A stretch of DNA of 7,538 bases from an archaeon (GTDB lineage Archaea > Iainarchaeota > Iainarchaeia > Iainarchaeales > CSSED10-239), in NCBI GenBank assembly GCA_037147375.1, contig JBAWVI010000046.1, positions 1 to 7,538 on the forward strand, read 5' to 3'. The position numbers and the translations under genes are program-made. Within the stretch, counting starts at the first letter, position 1. Each line of letters starts with the position of its first letter. Below, piece after piece: positions 5,182-7,538 of the stretch. The notes below the pieces were generated by a model. The model was not told the origin of the DNA. It saw only the letters and a program-made list of their open reading frames with translations, and did no database searches.

Positions 5182-5847
5182 TTACAAGATCTTAATAAAT
5201 ATCTCTGAGAAAAAATCATCTTGCCAAACATTTATCTTCTTGTCTTGAGATAAGAAAAGAAGAGGCATGAAATAAAACTCAATTATCTCAAATGGATCTT
5301 TAGTTCTTTCTTGTAACTTTGAAAATACAAGGCATCCTTCTGAATCAATTTCATCTTTAAGAATTGAAAATAATCTATCTGTTCTTTCAGTAATGTCTAT
5401 TGATTTCCTTGGAAGCATAAACACAGCTTCTCCTTTTTCTTTCAATTGTCTTGAAAGATTACTCTTAGTTGGTCTATTCATAATAGTATCAACTATATCA
5501 ATTAATTCATTTAAAGAAACTTGACCTTCTCTAAGTTTAATTGGATTACTAAAGCTTATTGCATTAAGATTATAAATATCATCGTCTGTTGGAATTCTTA
5601 AAGGTTCATCATCAACTGATGTTAACTTAAGTGAATAAGCTTTAAGACGTAAAAGAATAGCTGCAGCAAGAAGAGCATTAGCTGGAATAAGTAGATTTTC
5701 TTCCTTAAGCTCCTTAATCTTTGCAAGATAAAGATCAGTTAGCTTGATTATATCTACATTCCAGATATCAAAATCATTTTGCTTAACAACATCGAATAAT
5801 AGAATCTTCCAGTTTGGTTGATCTATTAGATTAACTAGGTTTTCCAT
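5182..5847 (-). CDS. scpA: Segregation and condensation protein A (ScpA, the kleisin subunit of SMC-ScpAB).
   Basis: NWKILLFDVVKQNDFDIWNVDIIKLTDLYLAKIKELKEENLLIPANALLAAAILLRLKAYSL parallels the B. subtilis ScpA N-terminus (FEGPLDLLLHLI..IDIYDIPVAKITEQYL...ASEYLVMAATLLSIKSRMLL). The C-terminal FEIIEFYFMPLLFLSQDKKINVWQDDFFSEIFI fits the kleisin winged-helix tail (v-x-t-F-L-A-l-L-E-L ... Q-x-x-x-F-x-x-I). An AAGGA motif lies upstream of the ATG. Confidence 0.85.
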   Translation of the reverse strand: MENLVNLIDQPNWKILLFDVVKQNDFDIWNVDIIKLTDLYLAKIKELKEENLLIPANALLAAAILLRLKAYSLKLTSVDDEPLRIPTDDDIYNLNAISFSNPIKLREGQVSLNELIDIVDTIMNRPTKSNLSRQLKEKGEAVFMLPRKSIDITERTDRLFSILKDEIDSEGCLVFSKLQERTKDPFEIIEFYFMPLLFLSQDKKINVWQDDFFSEIFIKIL

Positions 5848-5963
5848 AAATAAATTTCCTTAAAGATTTAAATTATAAGTTATAAATAAAGTAGGACAAT
5901 GTATTTATAAATATATTTTAGATAAATAAGAAATAAGAAAAAGAAGATTAGAGAATTAATACT

Positions 5964-6647
5964 TTAATTCTCAAGAACTTGTGCACCAAATTGTTTTGCA
6001 TCTCCATCTGCAAACTTAATTGATTGACTTGGTCCTTCAATGTAGATTATATTTTCTTTCTCAAAATAAATTGCAATCTTTTCTGTAATTAATCTAAACT
6101 TGTTTGTTTGAGATTTTAAAACTTCTTCAAATATTAAACTAATATTATCTGAAGGAAAAACAATATCTATTCCATTCCTCTTACCTTGAACCCTATTAGT
6201 AATATCTGCTAAATCAATTGTTCCAACAACATTAAACTTTAATGTAAAAGTCTCAATTGAGAAGGTTTCAATTAATTTTTTTAAGAAATCTTGTGTTTTC
6301 TTAGAATCTTGGAAAACATATGTTCTGTATCCTCTAAAATTCTCAAGGAACTTGTTTGCTTCGTTCATGTCCTTGTACAAATAATCAATTTCATCCTTAA
6401 CTTGTAAAACAACAGCATGCATTTTCTTGTAAAGTGAAATAAGCTCTCTTTTTTTGATTTCTTCTTCAATATCCTTCTCAAGATGCTTGTTTTTTTCAAA
6501 TATGACTTCAATTTCTTTAACATCAGTAGCTATGCTATTAAATATATCAGATACAGGAGAATAAAGCTCTAATGCTTTGTTTGTTCTATATAGATTCTTA
6601 TTTAAAGACTCGAATGTCTTCTTAAGTTTAGTATTTACATCATTCAT
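5964..6647 (-). CDS. Hypothetical protein, 227 aa, with an N-terminal helical/coiled-coil half and a C-terminal mixed alpha/beta half. No family recognised.
   Basis: This is a track ORF. A GAGGT motif (6656-6660) lies 8 nt upstream of the ATG at 6647. A T5 tract (5938-5942) lies about 20 nt after the TAA stop. It has no hydrophobic segments and no motifs that I can assign. Confidence 0.7.
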   Translation of the reverse strand: MNDVNTKLKKTFESLNKNLYRTNKALELYSPVSDIFNSIATDVKEIEVIFEKNKHLEKDIEEEIKKRELISLYKKMHAVVLQVKDEIDYLYKDMNEANKFLENFRGYRTYVFQDSKKTQDFLKKLIETFSIETFTLKFNVVGTIDLADITNRVQGKRNGIDIVFPSDNISLIFEEVLKSQTNKFRLITEKIAIYFEKENIIYIEGPSQSIKFADGDAKQFGAQVLEN

Positions 6648-6729
6648 AATTGATTACCTCTTCCTAACCGATTAACCCCATATCATATATACTTTAATTG
6701 GGTTTTAAAAGATATTGTTTTATGTAGAT

Positions 6730-7538
6730 TCACTGTTTTTTAAGTTCTTTGTATGCTTCAAAAGCAGCTACAGATCCTTGTGCTTCTGCAGTTATTACTT
6801 GTTTAAAATCACTTGAATCAGTAATATCTCCTGCAGCAAATAATCCAAAAACATTTGTTTTCTGGGCCCTGTCAACCTTAATAAATCCATATTGATCAAG
6901 ATCTACATTTAGATTTTTTAATAGGTCTGTATTTGGAACAGCCCCTATTTCAATAAATAAACCATCAAGCTCTCTTTGGTCTCCATTCTGGAATTTAACT
7001 CCAGTTAATTTAGCTTCAGCAAGAAGTTCAGTTACTTCTGTATTATAAAGTATTTCAATTCTTGGATTTTTAAGTAATATATCTACCCAAGCAGGCTCTG
7101 CTCTAAGTTTATCCTTTCTATAAATTAAATAAACCTTACTTGCAATATCTGCAAGAACTAGTGCAGAAGTTACTGCTGCATCACTTCCTCCAACAACCCC
7201 AACAACCTTATTTCTAAAAAATCCACCATCGCATGTTGCGCAATAAGATATTCCTTTACCAACTAATTCTTTTTCTTTATCAAGCCCAAGCTCTCTTCTT
7301 GTATTTCCTAAAGCTAAAAGAACTTTACTTGCTTTAAGGGTTCTTGTGTCTGTATTAACTATAAATAGATTATCTTCTGTCTTATCTATTTTCATAACTT
7401 TTTCATAATAGATAGGGATTTCAAGTTTTTCAACTTGTTCAGTTATTTTATTCATAAGTTCAAGACCAGAGATTTCAATAAATCCAGGATAATTACAAAC
7501 CATGTGTGCAAGAGTGATTGTTCCTCCAAGGGATCCTG
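6730..7538 (-). CDS. trxB: Thioredoxin-disulfide reductase (low-Mr TrxR family). The 5' end runs off the window.
   Basis: It carries the redox-active ISYCATCDGGFF (CxxC) motif, the second dinucleotide-binding segment VVGVVGGSDAAVTSAL, then LIYRKDKLRAEP, and the FAD-binding tail GLFAAGDIT. The frame stays open upstream of the track's internal Met (..GSLGGTITLAH-MVCNYPGF, the usual GGQL..T..veNyPGf region), so the true start lies beyond nt 7538. Confidence 0.9.
   Translation of the reverse strand, partial: GSLGGTITLAHMVCNYPGFIEISGLELMNKITEQVEKLEIPIYYEKVMKIDKTEDNLFIVNTDTRTLKASKVLLALGNTRRELGLDKEKELVGKGISYCATCDGGFFRNKVVGVVGGSDAAVTSALVLADIASKVYLIYRKDKLRAEPAWVDILLKNPRIEILYNTEVTELLAEAKLTGVKFQNGDQRELDGLFIEIGAVPNTDLLKNLNVDLDQYGFIKVDRAQKTNVFGLFAAGDITDSSDFKQVITAEAQGSVAAFEAYKELKKQ

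Noticed and set aside
5902-5913. 12-bp perfect palindrome TATTTATAAATA upstream of scpA.
   Set aside because: It consists only of A and T, in a spacer that is almost entirely A/T, so such palindromes are expected by chance. It may simply be one of several TATA-like words. I found no partner half-site or repeat.
6674-6704. Inverted repeat AACCC ... GGGTT in the trxB / 227-aa intergenic region, a possible terminator hairpin.
   Set aside because: The stem is only 5 bp, the loop is 21 nt, the pairing cannot be extended, and there is no adjacent oligo-T run longer than T4. This is too weak to call.
7126-7218. Non-canonical cofactor motifs in TrxR (GGSDAA instead of GGGDSA/GGGNTA; YRKDKLR instead of HRRDxFR), hinting at an NADPH-independent thioredoxin reductase.
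   Set aside because: The three basic positions that contact the NADPH 2'-phosphate are retained as R, K and R. Only the His and one Gly differ. Without an alignment or a structure this falls within normal family variation, so I make no claim of altered cofactor use.
1-7538. Searched for tRNA or other structured RNA genes, CRISPR repeats and tandem repeats.
   Set aside because: All non-coding gaps are about 120 bp or shorter and extremely AT-rich, with no GC-rich stems. I saw no regularly spaced repeats of 20 nt or more on either strand.

Overview
The window is AT-rich (about 25-30% GC by eye) and very compact. All 11 coding regions I can support are on the minus strand, with gaps of -4 to about 120 bp. 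I saw no rRNA, tRNA, CRISPR array, transposase or integrase.

Minus-strand gene order, reading from the right edge to the left:
- thioredoxin reductase (5' end off-window)
- 227-aa orphan protein
- ScpA kleisin
- 42-aa lysine-rich ORF (not in the ORF track)
- 81-aa pilin-like protein with an archaeal class III signal peptide
- 199-aa coiled-coil orphan
- PIN-like protein (COG2405/DUF3368)
- RHH plus UPF0175 antitoxin-like protein
- ScpB
- DUF3750-like protein, with an ATGA start/stop overlap onto scpB
- a >=661-aa exported Lon-type (S16) protease-domain protein, missing from the ORF track because it has no stop codon inside the window

The exact QxSxExxxL class III signal motif, the TTTAAATA-type TATA boxes and oligo-T tracts after stop codons point to a small-genome archaeon, possibly DPANN-like. 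That assignment is inference only. GAGGT Shine-Dalgarno-like motifs sit 8-9 nt upstream of several starts, and TGA and TAA both act as stops.

The best candidate for something undescribed is the roughly 1.9-kb five-gene cassette between scpA and scpB. It combines a toxin-first PIN / RHH-UPF0175 pair, which has its own palindrome-plus-TATA control region, with a tightly packed trio: basic peptide, orphan pilin-like protein and coiled-coil protein. Secondary candidates are the AAA-less surface-anchored Lon-domain protease and the DUF3750 gene translationally coupled to scpB.
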